Shown: piece after piece, positions 27,846 to 41,090 of the stretch
Layout of the letters: each line of letters starts with the position of its first letter
Numbering within the stretch: position 1 is the first letter of the stretch
Assembly (NCBI GenBank): GCA_037379345.1
Contig: CM074521.1
Span: 35,178,704-35,242,703, forward strand
DNA: 64,000 bases
Source of the DNA: Perna viridis
Lineage: Eukaryota
Direction: 5' to 3'
Notes under the pieces: model-generated
Told to the model about the DNA's origin: nothing
Databases searched by the model: none
The model's input: only the letters and a program-made list of their open reading frames with translations
Translations under genes and position numbers: made by a program

Positions 27846-29738
27846 CTGAGAAATAAAATAAATTCAGAAACAATGGAATGGACCAAACGAAATAGGCCTG
27901 AGACATACACAGTCAGAATCAACGGATGAACCAAAAAATAGACCTGAGAGAAAATAAATACAAATCAATGGAACTGATAGACATCGTTATTTTGGCCATG
28001 AAATCCCAGAAAATTACGTAATTTTTTTTTCTTTTGCAAGATAATTTTTCAATGAAAACTATGTTTTGCCTATGAAACAATCTCTTTGACCAAATAACAT
28101 TTAAGTTCCTCTGAGTTAATTGATTTTAAAACATACATGTACATTATATTCTGGAATAGATATCTAATGTTACCAAGATGCTACACCAGTTAAAAACAAT
28201 GAGAAAAAAAATAATGAAGAGAAACGGCTGATACATTAAACTGTACGGAGTATAATCTACACAAATTTAACCCAAGACCATAAAATCACTGAGAGTTTGT
28301 TTTGATTGATTGTTATATTACTGAACCTATGTTACCAATTACTACTGTGCTGTATTTGCTCCTCGAGAGCCCTTAATAACATATGGGTCAACTAGGTCTA
28401 CAGCCAAGTCGCCCCAATATCCCTAGGACAACTCGGTCTACAGACAAGTCGCCCCAATTCTTCTAGGACACCCTATGATAAGTTTGATATCTATCGTTAA
28501 GTCCTCTCCAGCTTATACTTTTGTGCTGTTCAGGTAAACCCTGCATTATAAAGATCTATTTAGAAGTGTTATATTTGATATAACACCCCGATGAGACCAT
28601 TTACATGCTTGGTGCATATTCTACATGCTATCAAAGACATATAATACGAACGTCCCAGATTCTATTTCAAGCATGTTAGATATTTACTGCCTTCATTACA
28701 AAACTTCACTTCTGTTTTCTCTCAAACAAAAGTTCATATTTATTATTCCTTAGATGAAAAGGGAGGTAATCATCAGGGGGGGGGTCTGTTTAGTTGTCTA
28801 AATTTACTTCAAAGCATTGAAAACATTAACAGATTATGTAATTACATCTATCACTAAATATATTTATGGGTACGATTCAAATGTTTGTCTATGCTTAAAA
28901 TGTTTATATATCACTTCCTGATACTAATCATTGGAATTATTTATCCAGTTGCATAATTATCTATTCCCAAAACTTAATTTTATCAGACGTTATTACGAAA
29001 GCGTTTCCCATCATTAGCTAATCAGTGCATCCGGATACAAAGTATAAGGCCTTAAAGCCAACCACTTATAAATGTGGTTTAATAGCAAAAATATCACAAG
29101 ATCTCAGACTGGTCCGTTGCATGGGAATCGCCGTCTTTATTGAATAGAATAATAATAGATGTTAACAATTTAAGAGCAGGTAACTGTGTCCAAAATGTAC
29201 GAGGTTCTATTTGAACATTAAAATATCAATTTATACACGATCTAATAACGGCAATAAATTTCCATTAGAGGAGACCAAATTAGATAAAAATATATTGTCA
29301 AGATTGTACAAATAGTTCTAAATAAAACCTGAATCTTGTTTAATTCGTTAATTTATTGGTATTCGTGTAGAAATAAATTGCTTAATCTATCTTTCATGTG
29401 TTTACCAATGCTAATGAAGGGACGAAACCCGTCACAAACGTTGATCTTTATGTGAAGTTGGTGACCATGAAGCTACATGTACATGTATGAATAAGAATGG
29501 TTCATGTACAATATCACGTATCATAGAGGATAGGATCCTTTCTCTTGAATTGTACTGTAACAGCAATCTGTGTTACTTTGAAACCACCCCTTTTTTGTCT
29601 GATAGAGGAGTTGTCATTTATATTGTGTCTCTTTGTTCCTTGTTCTGTTGTTCTATTCGGAATAAGTCTTATGAGGTTTACTACCATAATCAAAATTTTA
29701 TAGACCGATCGCAGATCCTTTTAAATTATATATATATA

Positions 29739-30190
29739 TACTCCTTGAAACGTTCAAGTTTCCCATTTTAGCGTTCGTGCATCGTTTATCGTGCGTTTAC
29801 TCTTTGTTTTGCGTTCGTTTAAACACACGATAGAAGCGTTCATTTTTGTACTTCGATTATTTCCTTTATTCAACTGTTATTTGCTATTATCAATTCAAAT
29901 ATTGTCATTATTTTTATTGTTTTATTCTTACTTTCGTCATTATTTGTTAATATTATTATTATTTTTCATCGTTCGTCTATCGTGCGTTTAAATGCATGCT
30001 ATGAGCGTTCGTTTATCGTGCGTTTATAATAAACGCACGCTTAGAACGTTCGTTTATCATTCGTTTATACGCACGATATGAGCGTTCGTTTAAACACACG
30101 ATAGATGCGTTCGTTCAACGTGCGTTTCTTGAGCGTTTAGCGTTCGTTTAGGTATCGTGCGTTCAGTAAACCTAAACGTCTGAAGGAGTG
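29739..30190. mobile_element. Non-autonomous DNA transposon (MITE) with TA-flanked TIRs and internal CGTT-rich subrepeats
   Basis: Left tactccttgaaacgttcaagttt versus the reverse complement of the right end cactccttcagacgtttaggttt; TA on both flanks; repeated gcgttcgttta/atcgtgcgttt. Confidence 0.75.
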
Positions 30191-30404
30191 TACATATTAA
30201 TTATATATAAATCAGAATTCATTTTATAAGCTCGAAGTATAATAACTCATTTAAATATCATCTAAAACTACAAAGTAGTTTAGACTCGAGACAATTTATT
30301 TTCAGGCATAGAATCTCTATTGCTGCAACTGGCCAACATACCTGACTTATTTCGTTGTATAGACCTCAATCAAGCCTCCATCAAACTTAACTGAAACGAT
30401 TTGT

Positions 30405-30630
30405 TCACCCTGTCATAGTTTGTTTTCCTCTGAATATAGCCTGAATGTGACATCTGATTAGCAAGTCGGTGGGAGCTTTTTTTAAAGCAGAAGATGCTTA
30501 CCCTACCGATGCATGTTGTCCATGCGCTCAGTTTCGAGTGAAGTCCAGAGTGAAGTTGTGCGTGTTATTGTGTCCTTTGTTGTGTCTCGTCCCGAGATAT
30601 ATTCATTTTGATTACCATTGAAATCACTGT
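30405..30630 (+). mobile_element. Degenerate PLE 3' tail
   Basis: gtcatagttt...aaagcagaagatgcttaccctaccg...gtccatgc aligns to 47612-47890. Confidence 0.7.
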
Positions 30631-30768
30631 GTTGTTAATTTGAGTGTATAATGTTGATTGTGTTGTATATAAGGATTATTCATACACGTTCGAGGTGAAA
30701 CATGTTTCAGACTAAATTTTAAAGTTAATTCAAACATTCGTTTAGTATTTGATATAAATGATACTTAC

Positions 30769-31677
30769 AATAGCATTGGCATAACCAGGAATCTTACTCT
30801 TGTCTTCCTCAAACGTGACGTAGTTGGCGTACACACAATATGGAATCCAACATAAAACGAAACAAGATAGGACAATGAAGAGAGTAATGGTCACTCTCCT
30901 TTGTTGACTGTAGATCTGACTACGGTCTAATGCTGTATTCTCGTCCAATCTCTGCATGTGTTGCTTTATTTCGGAAAACATCCGTATATAACATCCTATC
31001 ATCAGTGCTAAGGGTAGAAACAAGTTCGACACTTGAATAATAAAGTGAAAAATTAACGACTTAGTAGACAAGGTCGGATATTTTGGTCCACATTGCATTG
31101 TTCCCTCCTTGTATCTTGAAGTGCTAAGAATGAAAGTCGTAAGAGATGCACAAGTTATAGCCCAACCCCACGCTGCACCGATCATGATTAAAATCTTACA
31201 TTTAGTCAGCTGTGTCAATGGACGAGTAATGGACAAGTATTTATGGATACTTATATACATTAATGTATGTATAGATGTGATGAAAAATGCTGCATTACAA
31301 AAGCTATTAATAAAACATAAAATATCACCAAATATCCATCTCTTAGCTATTAAAGTCGTCAGAGAAAATGGCGCTAAGAGTACTCCAACAAGAAAATCGG
31401 CAATGGCTAGATTGACTAAGAACATGTTAGTACGTGTCCGCATGCCCCGATGTCGTATTACAACCGCTATTACCATAAGGTTTCCAAAAATAGCAAAGAT
31501 CATTGATATAGTAATCCATGTTCCGAAAAATGCAGTTTCCACCACACTAAAACCCTTCCGGGTAGAGTTCCCGAACTCGACAACTGTTGCATTTCCCGTT
31601 GCGACATACGGCACGAAGGGATCTGATAGGAATATTGTTTCCGCGGTCCTCGCGGTACTATTTAAGCTTTGAGCCAT
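30769..31677 (-). CDS. Class A (rhodopsin-like) GPCR, coding exon 1 (N-terminus, TM1-TM6, ECL3); orphan or peptide-receptor-like
   Basis: ORF 30742..31677 has GN in TM1, NLAIADFLVG (TM2), C3.25, HKY at the DRY position, W4.50, an ECL2 Cys and CWIPY (TM6). It ends at a phase-0 donor (ATT|gtaagt, intron starts 30768); the ORF's last 8 aa are intron read-through. Confidence 0.95.
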
Positions 31678-32088
31678 TATAATAAGTATAAAGCAAAGCT
31701 ACACAGGAAAAATGCACTTCAATCATTCATTCCACAATGAAACTATTTGCAGCTAAAATCTACTTACAATAATTACGGCTTGTAAAGTCGAAGATGAAAG
31801 AGCGCTATGTCGTTTTCCAAAATGTATTTTGCATTACTCATCAAGTCTTAATTACCCCATCCATATGAAACAGTGACATAACCGCTATATTCACACTGGT
31901 ATCAATAAAATCATAGCTTGTATTTGCAAACTTGTACACGATATCCTAATAGAATGACAATTAATCATAATTCCCCGGTCAAATCAGCTTCGTTATTCCT
32001 TCAGCACAATAACTGGCTTCAAAAAATGTTCCATTGATTACAAAAATATGATCTTGTTTCACTCCGCGGTGGTTAAATCCGTCAAACT
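31678..32088 (-). other. Putative 5' UTR part of the first GPCR coding exon
   Basis: Strong acceptor attctgtttcag at 32089-32100, upstream of the ATG. An alternative acceptor ttttcctgtgtag ends at 31699. Confidence 0.5.
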
Positions 32089-33067
32089 CTGAAACAGAAT
32101 ACGAGAAAATCATACAACTCAACCAATGATTAGCTCATAAAATATAAGACGATTTTTTTTTAATGTAACGTAAAACCCATTCATTATTAACGACAAGTGT
32201 TGAACAGCTTTACAATTCCTACAGTAAAATATAACCAAAGCCACAGTACACGAGTGTTTTACACTGAATTACTTATAGAGTAAGTTATGTGTGGTTCAAA
32301 ACCTGATGACTTGACGGATTCACAAACTTACAAACTTACAATTGAAAATGCATTGAAATTTCATTAAACAATAATATCACACTCAACACTTCCCTTGATT
32401 TCATCTCTATTACAGAAAACAAGATAATTAGCTTTGAAAAATCATTAAAATATTTACCATAGTGAAGTTAGAATGAAAAACAGGTGCTCGGTAATTACGG
32501 AACGTAGCAGCATCTCTAAGATACATTGGGTTTATAATAACCAATATCGAACCTGCTTCATCTCTTTTAGACAGAGCGGATACTAAGTTAAACGTGCTTT
32601 AAGCATCCCAGGAGTTATCTCTTGGTAATTAGTCCCTTAATGACGGAATTATTTATCTGTAAATTTCATCAGTGATGTTTTCGATCAATGCTTTGTCATT
32701 CATATAGTTAGTAAACTATAGGCGGATACTAGGTTCATTCTGTGTACACAACAATCCGGACAACTAAATATTAAGTACAGAAATTGATTTTTTTTCTCTC
32801 CAAACATTTGCACAGTTTTACTACAATTAGTACATGTCCACGTTAATTGGCCGTGTAAATACTGATACGGTTCCGGTAAATCGGAGGATGATGACACGGA
32901 CCGCCAGTGAGGATAGGTCGAAGATAAAGTCAAATGATCCAGATATATACAATATACATATCAACATTTAGAAAATGGTTTATTTCGAACGGAGGAACGA
33001 GCACCAGAAACGATGCACCAACAAAAAAAAAATTTAAAAATAGAAAAAATAAAAAGTATCCCATATA

Positions 33068-33322
33068 AAAGAGTAGTCATGGGAACCCAGATTAGCATAC
33101 ATTACAATGATGAAAAATATACAGGGGAAATAGACACACACAACAAAGGACATGAAATAGCCAAAATAACACGTACAAATAAACAAAAGTAAACGAACCA
33201 CCCGGATGCCACTACAAACTAGGGGCATGAACCAGTTGCACCGTTAGGGTAAGGGTAAGCGTCCTCTCCTTTTTTTTTTTTTTTTTGAAACACCCAACGA
33301 GTTACTCATAAATGCAAGTGCA
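33068..33322 (-). mobile_element. Degenerate PLE 3' tail
   Basis: aagagtagtcatgggaacc...gcaccgttagggtaagggtaagcgtcctct...gaaacacccaacgagttactcata aligns to 54775-55015. Confidence 0.8.
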
Positions 33323-35202
33323 CAAATACTACAGTCAATATCATTACATACATGTTACTTCACCTACATAAAAAGGTATCATTCCTCCATAAAACCAACA
33401 TAAGAACCAACATCATTGACAATTTGTATAACCAATAATACTTACAAAGTATAAGAATGGCTCTATAGGAGACAGTACCGTGTAATCATCATGAGAGTTT
33501 GTTCCTATACTATGCCCAAAAAACATTCTCTTGCTTGTTCTTTGGAGACACAACGCAAAGCAAAGGAAAATGTTTTAAAAACAAAGGTTTGTGTTTTAGA
33601 GGACATGTAATAATTGACAAACTCTGAAAGGGCTACAGTGTCTATGTAGTTGTAAAGTCAGGTACAAGTATTTACTAATGCAAAGGAACTATGGAAAAAA
33701 TATCTTAATTGATATCTACCGTCTGGAAACCGACAAAAATACATTAATCTAATTCTCAATAACATTCCGCTAAATTGGTAAGTCAATGGGCCACAAAAAA
33801 GTCCTTGAAAAACACTATTTTAATGCATGCATTTACACACAAAAATACGCTATTTCAATAAATTGTGTAAATTGATAAGAGGTTCCCCCTTTTTTTTATC
33901 CACCAATGAGTAATTCTTGTTTACATTTGGGAATTTTGATTGACTGAAAATCTTTTTGCGATATTCTTACTACAAACCTGGACTCCGATTTACATTGTAG
34001 ATGTAATCTAAGCCAGGGTGAATGATAACCGGAAGTTAATATTGCTTTTTTGTGTGTGCGAATTAATCAAGCACAATTAAGATTTAAGTGTTCAGCAAGA
34101 ACAAGTGCATTAAGTACAACATAATACACAAAAATCACAAAACATTAACAATGAATATTTAGTGAAATAGGTTTATATTTAGAGTTTTGATGCTTATACA
34201 GCTAAAAATAATCTCGAAGTTATAGAGAGTAATCCCAGACTCTTATAAGGAATTTGTTATCACTCTCAAGATGACAGTATTCTTCAAATACCCTGAATTA
34301 CATGTATTTAAATACATGTACACGAAAGTATTGACACAAGTTATCTCAAACGATGAGATAAACTTCACCTTCGTCACATACGAAAGTTATATCTTTTGTT
34401 ATAAGATATCAAATATAAATAAAATACAAGTACACTTAATATTTTTCCCTACAATAATAGCATGGTATGTCGTAGACACTGAGTTAATACTTCCTTTTAA
34501 GGTCAATACGACTATGCCCCATTATGAAACTTAGCGTGAAACTTTAAGCTAGTAATAATACAAAGAACAATTTGTTAAATGAACTGTCTCGTTTTGACAA
34601 GATGGAGCTTAATATTTCTAATACCTAGTTATTACATCTGTATAAACCTTAAATTCCTATTTTATTAAATTCAATACATTGATAAAGCATTGAGCATAAA
34701 GTAAATGTATTGATAGTATTTTTTTGTGTATACATGTAGGTTGTTGCTGTAAATGGTGAATTGCATTGTCCACAAAGTGTATGAATTAGCTGTGTTTTCA
34801 TTCATACATGGAAAAATAAATGTAATGGTGTACATATACATACATGTACATGTACTTCGATTTCAATTAGGTGTGTCGTGGAATGAGACTGGGTATAGTT
34901 GGTCAGAAATGAATCCACCATTGTTAGTTTGCACCACTTGATTTTACTATTCAGAACGCAATGTTAAGGACAAATTTCTGTTTGTGAGAAAATGAGAGAA
35001 ATATAAAAGAATAAGAGACGTCCACAATCATGCTTATGCATATCGGTATATTTGTTTATGCAGTTATTTTGCTAGATTCAAATGATCATATCAAATATGT
35101 ACAAGGCATGAAAAATAATCCTTTGTCATAATTTTCATTAAAATATTGAAATCTATACTTTCATTAAAACATGCAAAATAAATATTTAAAACTTTAACTT
35201 AC

Positions 35203-35309
35203 AGTGATGCAATGATCTCAGTTGTATCATTTCTCCAAAAACACAAATTGCTTCCTTTTTCATCACTTCTGTTACCAATTGAAGGAAGAACGCATTACAT
35301 CAACAAATT
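35203..35309 (-). other. Putative non-coding upstream exon of the GPCR
   Basis: 107 nt bounded by tgttttgccag| and |gtaagtt. Supported by splice signals only. Confidence 0.4.
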
Positions 35310-35644
35310 CTGGCAAAACATAACTAGCGATAACAGATCACCTATAGACTGTTAACCTTGAGGGTGAAGGATTTAATTGGTATGAGATAGAGAGAAAATT
35401 TGAAAAGTAATCTTGATGCTGTTTAAGTCTGCGTGTATTATGTGCTTCATTTATATCTAATGGTATTACGTGAAACTGATTATATAAACATCTGCACCGT
35501 TACAGTGTAAGAAAAGGCTCGATGTTCATATGAGAATGAAAAATATTGGTTTTTTTATTCAATTGTTTGTTCACATATAAAACCACATTTGTGTTTATTT
35601 TAAAATAGATACATGCAATACTAGTAACTTGTCCCATTTTTAAT

Positions 35645-37170
35645 CGTATACTAAAGGCAGTAAACAGACTAAGACTACCAGTAATGACTGTGTATAATAC
35701 AGGCAGTAATCAGACCCAGACTACCAGGTGAGTAATGCTTGTGTATAATACAGGCAGTGAACAGACCAAGTCTACCAGTAATGATTGTGAATAATACAGG
35801 CAGTGAGCAGACCCAGACTACCAGTAATGATTGTGTATAATACAGGCAGTGAACAGACCCAGACTACCAATAATGATTGTGTATACTACAGGCAGTGAAC
35901 AGACCCAGACTACCAATAATGATTGTGTATACTACAGGCAGTGAACAGACCCAGACTACCAGTAATGATTGTGTATAATACAGGCAGTAAACAGACCCAG
36001 ACTACCAGTAATGATTGTGTATACTACAGGCAGTGAGCAGACCCAGACTACCAATAATGATTGTGTATACTACAGGCAGTGAACAGAACAAGACTACCAG
36101 TAATGATTGTGTATAATACAGGCAGTGAACAGACCCAGACTACCAGTAATGATTGTGTATAATATAGGCAGTAAACAGACCCAGACTACCAGTAATGATT
36201 GTGTATACTACAGGCAGTGAACAGACCCAGACTACCAATAATGATTGTGTATACTACAGGCAGTGAACAGACCCAGACTACCAGTAATGATTGTGTATAA
36301 TACAGGCAGTAAACAGACCCAGACTACCAGTAATGATTGTGTATACTACAGGCAGTGAACAGACCCAGACTACCAATAATGATTGTGTATACTACAGGCA
36401 GTGAACAGAACAAGACTACCAGTAATGATTGTGTATAATACAGGCAGTGAACAGACCCAGACTACCAGTAATGATTGTGTATAATACAGGCAGTAAACAG
36501 ACCCAGACTACCAGTAATGATTGTGTATACTACAGGCAGTGAACAGACCCAGACTACCAATAATGATTGTGTATACTAAAGGCAGTGAACAGACCCAGAC
36601 TACCAGTAATGATTGTGTATAATACAGGCAGTAAACAGACCCAGACTACCAGTAATGATTGTGTATACTACAGGCAGTGAACAGACCCAGACTAACAATA
36701 ATGATTGTGTATACTACAGGCAGTGAACAGAACAAGACTACCAGTAATGATTGTGTATAATACAGGCAGTGAACAGACCCAGACTACCAGTAATGATTGT
36801 GTATAATACAGGAAATGAACAGGCCCAGACTACCAGTAATGATTGTGTATAATACAGGCAGTAAACAGACCCAGACTACCAGTAATGATTGTGTATACTA
36901 CAGGCAGTGAAGAGACCCAGACTACCAATAATGATTGTGTATACTACAGGCAGTGAACAGAACAAGACTACCAGTAATGATTGTGTATAATACAGGCAGT
37001 GAAAAGACCCAGACTACCAGTAATGATTGTGTATAATACAGGAAATGAACAGGCCCAGACTACCAGTAATGATTGTGTATAATACAGGCAATGAACAGAC
37101 CAATACTACCAGTAATGATTGTATATAATACAGGCAGTGAACAGACCAAGACTACAAGTAATGATTGTGT
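35645..37170. repeat. 46-bp minisatellite, ~33 copies, with higher-order structure
   Basis: Unit AATGATTGTGTATAATACAGGCAGTGAACAGACCCAGACTACCAGT. Confidence 0.98.
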
Positions 37171-39399
37171 AAAAAAAACAAGTAAATATATGATTTCAAA
37201 AAATGAAAAATGATTGGTGTTTCCTGAAAACTTTTATATGTCTAAATAAGTTTAAAATACACTACCATCAGTTTGTTGACTCTGAAAATTAGTTTCATAT
37301 TAAATAACTGCACCGGAATCACAGAGAAGACCAATATAAACATCTGAATTATAACAGTGCTGTCTGTATTGCTGTACTGGACCAGAAATCACATACGATT
37401 TTCATACAGAAAATAAAATTTGGGAATAAGTTCAGTTTAATTTTATGAGAATCTTAATTAAAATTTTCACATAAATTCGTGTACAGTGATTTTCTCCTGA
37501 AAATCACACGAATTTCTTGTTAAGTTTGTGTGAGTTTACAACATTGACATGTTGGAAGTTCACGGACCAAGGTTATATTATTCTTTAGGGACTGGTCAGA
37601 TGGTAGGCATCGGCTAAATAGCGAAGATTGAAACTATGAAAACAGCATTACCTAGACCGATAAATTATATTTATATGAATAACAAATAGAGCAAGGTGTT
37701 TTTTATCTGTTTCTACCTTATGTTACAGAAATCTGATTGAAATCACAGCTACATGCGATGTTTATTTTGTCTCTATATTAAGCGCCATAAATATAACTAT
37801 AGAAATCCTAGTCAAACAGAAGGGTATTCATAACAAGGTCACCGTCTGCAAATCGTGCGCCTATTTTGTGAGAAAAGTCAGGTTTTCCATGATTTTTTTA
37901 TTTCAGAGTATGTTGTCTGTACAAAGCCTAGCTACTGTATATGTAAAACAATTCCTCTAAGCATGAAACAAGTGTCTTTCGCTTCAGCATTATAAAAGCA
38001 TGTCTTATATTGCAGGTATTTAGTTGACGAATCGTTCTGCACAATTCAATGACCTGTCTTGTGTCCTATAGAATTGTGATTTCTCAAGAGCAGTGCAGAA
38101 ATATTGAAACCAAGCAATCCAAAGTAAATCCAAAGACTGCATTGTCAACTAGCAAAATATTTAATCCCAAACCAGCATATATAACAGGCAATGCATCTAC
38201 ATGTAATTGTTTCTGGTTTGTCATTAAATAAATAACCCCCAATAATACGAGTCGAACAAAAACAAGATCTCGATTAACACTTTGCTACCACCTGTATTTA
38301 CTTGACAATATTGAAAAGAGATTCATGCTATCATTAATCACGCAGATATTGATGGTAATCGATTGCCAATAAATTTATTAATATTATAACTGACACCTAC
38401 GTGATAAAGATAGAAAACATCAAAGTATGACACTTAATCCAATCTTCGTTTTACCTCGCGCTACTTTTGTTAATTTTCATGTATGGTAGATATATATAAG
38501 ATTGATAAAGATGCACTGTTTTTTTAATAACGCAATTATTTTCATTCATTTTAATAAAACATGTGTTTAAGTTTATGAAAATATATCTGATTACAAAACT
38601 TTTTTTTCTATCGTCAGAATGTGACGTATTTCTTAAGTGCATTAATAAGATGCCAAACAAACCTTCGTCAAATCATCGTATATGTTTTACATGTATTTAG
38701 GACCATAAATTAATACCATAAACCTACAATGATGCGGTATGTAAAGGTTGATACTAGAAATATCGGCCATAACTGTGTACGGAGATCAGAAACACATGCT
38801 GCATGGTGTAGAGCATGAATTGAACAGAAGACGCAACCCCCGGGGGCAACCCCACGTACCCCCCTTACGTAAAGCCATGGTAAACACCATAAACAATTTT
38901 GAAAAAGGTTTCAAACATCTGTTTTAAAAAAATGTACACACTAGATAACAAATATTTTATGATGTTACGTAATCTACTAGATAACAGTGTATAAGGATCT
39001 TGTATGGTTGCATGTAAAATTTCTAACAAACATACAATATTCGGTTTAAATGAAACGATTGAATAAAACCACGTGTTTAGCCTACTTAACCGCTGTGTAG
39101 AACTATGGTAAGATGTTGTACTTAAGGCATCTTAAATTATCAGGAATTTAAAACCTCAATATAAACATAAACCATATATTTGTTTTTGTTTTGTTGTTGT
39201 TAATTTGACAAGTTTTTCATAACGAGGTTTTCATAACGATGACTTTTAAAATGGTATGTAGTAGAAAATCTCTATTTGTCATAGAACAGCTGTATGATAA
39301 GTTTGGGTTACCCTTTTGTGAAATTGTTCACGATTTTGTCAATGTCTGCTATTTTTAACCAGAGGATCTTCAAATCATTCAAATGTATTTACTTTTTAA

Positions 39400-39797
39400 A
39401 CATGGATGTTGCTACAAATATGAAGTTATTACTACAGAAATGTTATGGTCGTCATCATGAAATCGTGGGTCGTTACTGTGTATACCTTCGAACCGTGCAA
39501 ACTGATTTGTTCAACGTGTCATAGTTTTCCTTTCCTCTTTCGTCTACCTCGGACTTCACTTTTCATGAGCAACTCGGCGGGTGTTTTTAGAAAAGCAGAG
39601 AACGCTTACCCTACACGTGCACCTGGTCGATGCTCACAGTTTTTAGTGGAGTCCGAGTTGCTCATTTACTTTTGTTACTTTGTATGTATTATTTTAGTTA
39701 CTTTATGTTCTTTGTTGTGTTTTCCATGTCTGGTCTTTGTCCTTGGATTATTTTTTTTTATTTCCGCTAGAGCCTTGGTTCCCTTGATTACTCTTTA
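39400..39797 (+). mobile_element. 5'-truncated Naiad-type PLE (RT C-terminus plus 3' tail)
   Basis: Translates ...LQKCYGRHHEIVGRY... and is collinear with 47500-47898. Confidence 0.9.
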
Positions 39798-40010
39798 ATC
39801 AACTTATACGACCGATGATAGTAGTACAACCGTATCGTACCGAGTAAAATGTGTAAGCACTAGTATTACTGGGTGAATAGTGGGGTACTTGTTCTTCTGC
39901 TTGTAAGGTCCCGAATATTATAATAGGGTAGGGAGTCTGGGATCTCTTTGAAAAAAAAAAATGTTCCAATTAAAAAAAAAAAATTCACTCCTCCATTGGA
40001 AAAAATCAAA

Positions 40011-40338
40011 CATACTTATCCGACATCGAATCCCAGGGACCCCTCAGTGCCACATACTTATCCGACATCGAATCCCAGGGCCACCTCAGTGCCACATACT
40101 AATCCGACATCGAATCCCAGGGACCCCTCAGTGCCACATACTTATCCGACATAGAATCCCAGGGACCCCCCAGTGCCACATACTTATCCGACATAGAATC
40201 CCAGGGCCCCCTCTGTGCCACATACTTATCCGACGTCGAATCCCAGGGACCCCTCAGTGACACATACTTATCCGACGTCGAATCCCAGGGCCCCCGCAGT
40301 GCCACATACTTATCCGACATAGAATCCCAGGGCCCCCT
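40011..40338. repeat. 42-bp GC-rich minisatellite, ~8 copies
   Basis: Unit CATACTTATCCGACATCGAATCCCAGGGACCCCTCAGTGCCA; explains three overlapping periodic ORFs. Confidence 0.96.
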
Positions 40339-40835
40339 AAGCATTTGATTGTTTTCTTTTATGTAAATTGATTTATTGTTTCTGTTCTAAAAATGACCTC
40401 ACGCCGACAATTCTAAAAATGACCTCAACCGACAACTAAATGAACATCAATACACGAACATACTGCTTGATTCAATACTGTCATCTAAAACTGTGCGTAA
40501 ATTTTATATCTACCGTCGACAGTTGTTAGTTTTTTTTAACTTTTCGCAAACAAGTATTGCAAATTTAGTATTTTGACAGAAATAATTAAAAATGTTATAT
40601 GTCTTGTCAAATCATGATAATCATATATGTGTAAATGCTAAGCAGAAATGTATGTTATAATGTTGGGGTTAGTAATGGGCATATTCCCAAAAGTCTTAAA
40701 AGGAAAGTGATAACTAAAATTTTCAGCCAACAAATTGTCAGTTTTATAAACAGAAACTGACCTAACGACATTGGAGCAATCTCATTTTCTAACTTGAGAA
40801 ACTTAGGTGTCATTCTGTTCAAAAGTTTGGGTATT

Positions 40836-41090
40836 ATTGATTGATTGATTGATTAATTAATTGATCGATTGATTGATTGATTGATGGTGGTATTACGGAT
40901 GTTTCGTGCATTTCAGGACGAGAATGTTTGATCAATCGAAGTACTTGTTCGACATCCTTTGTCGGATTTCAATGTCCTAGCTCACAAAAGCAACAGCACA
41001 TGGGTAGGCATATCAATTCACTTAGATATATACATGTATGACTCCGGGTCTATACAAGTATCTCCGATATGCCGCGCGCTTGATGGAGTA
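40836..41090 (-). mobile_element. Degenerate CORE-type SINE with (CAAT)n tail
   Basis: A (ttga)n tract followed by ctagctcacaaaagcaacagcacatgggtaggcat, the reverse of the core seen at 47990-48045. Confidence 0.6.

Noticed and set aside
30742-30768. ORF end VSIIYIKY* suggesting a 6-TM receptor
   Set aside because: Intron read-through; TM7 is on the exon at 27845-27722.
31109-31672. 187-aa plus-strand ORF
   Set aside because: Antisense shadow of the GPCR exon with no independent motifs.
39948-40344. Three periodic ORFs (HILIRHRIPGTPQC etc.)
   Set aside because: By-product of a 42-bp minisatellite that is open in several frames.
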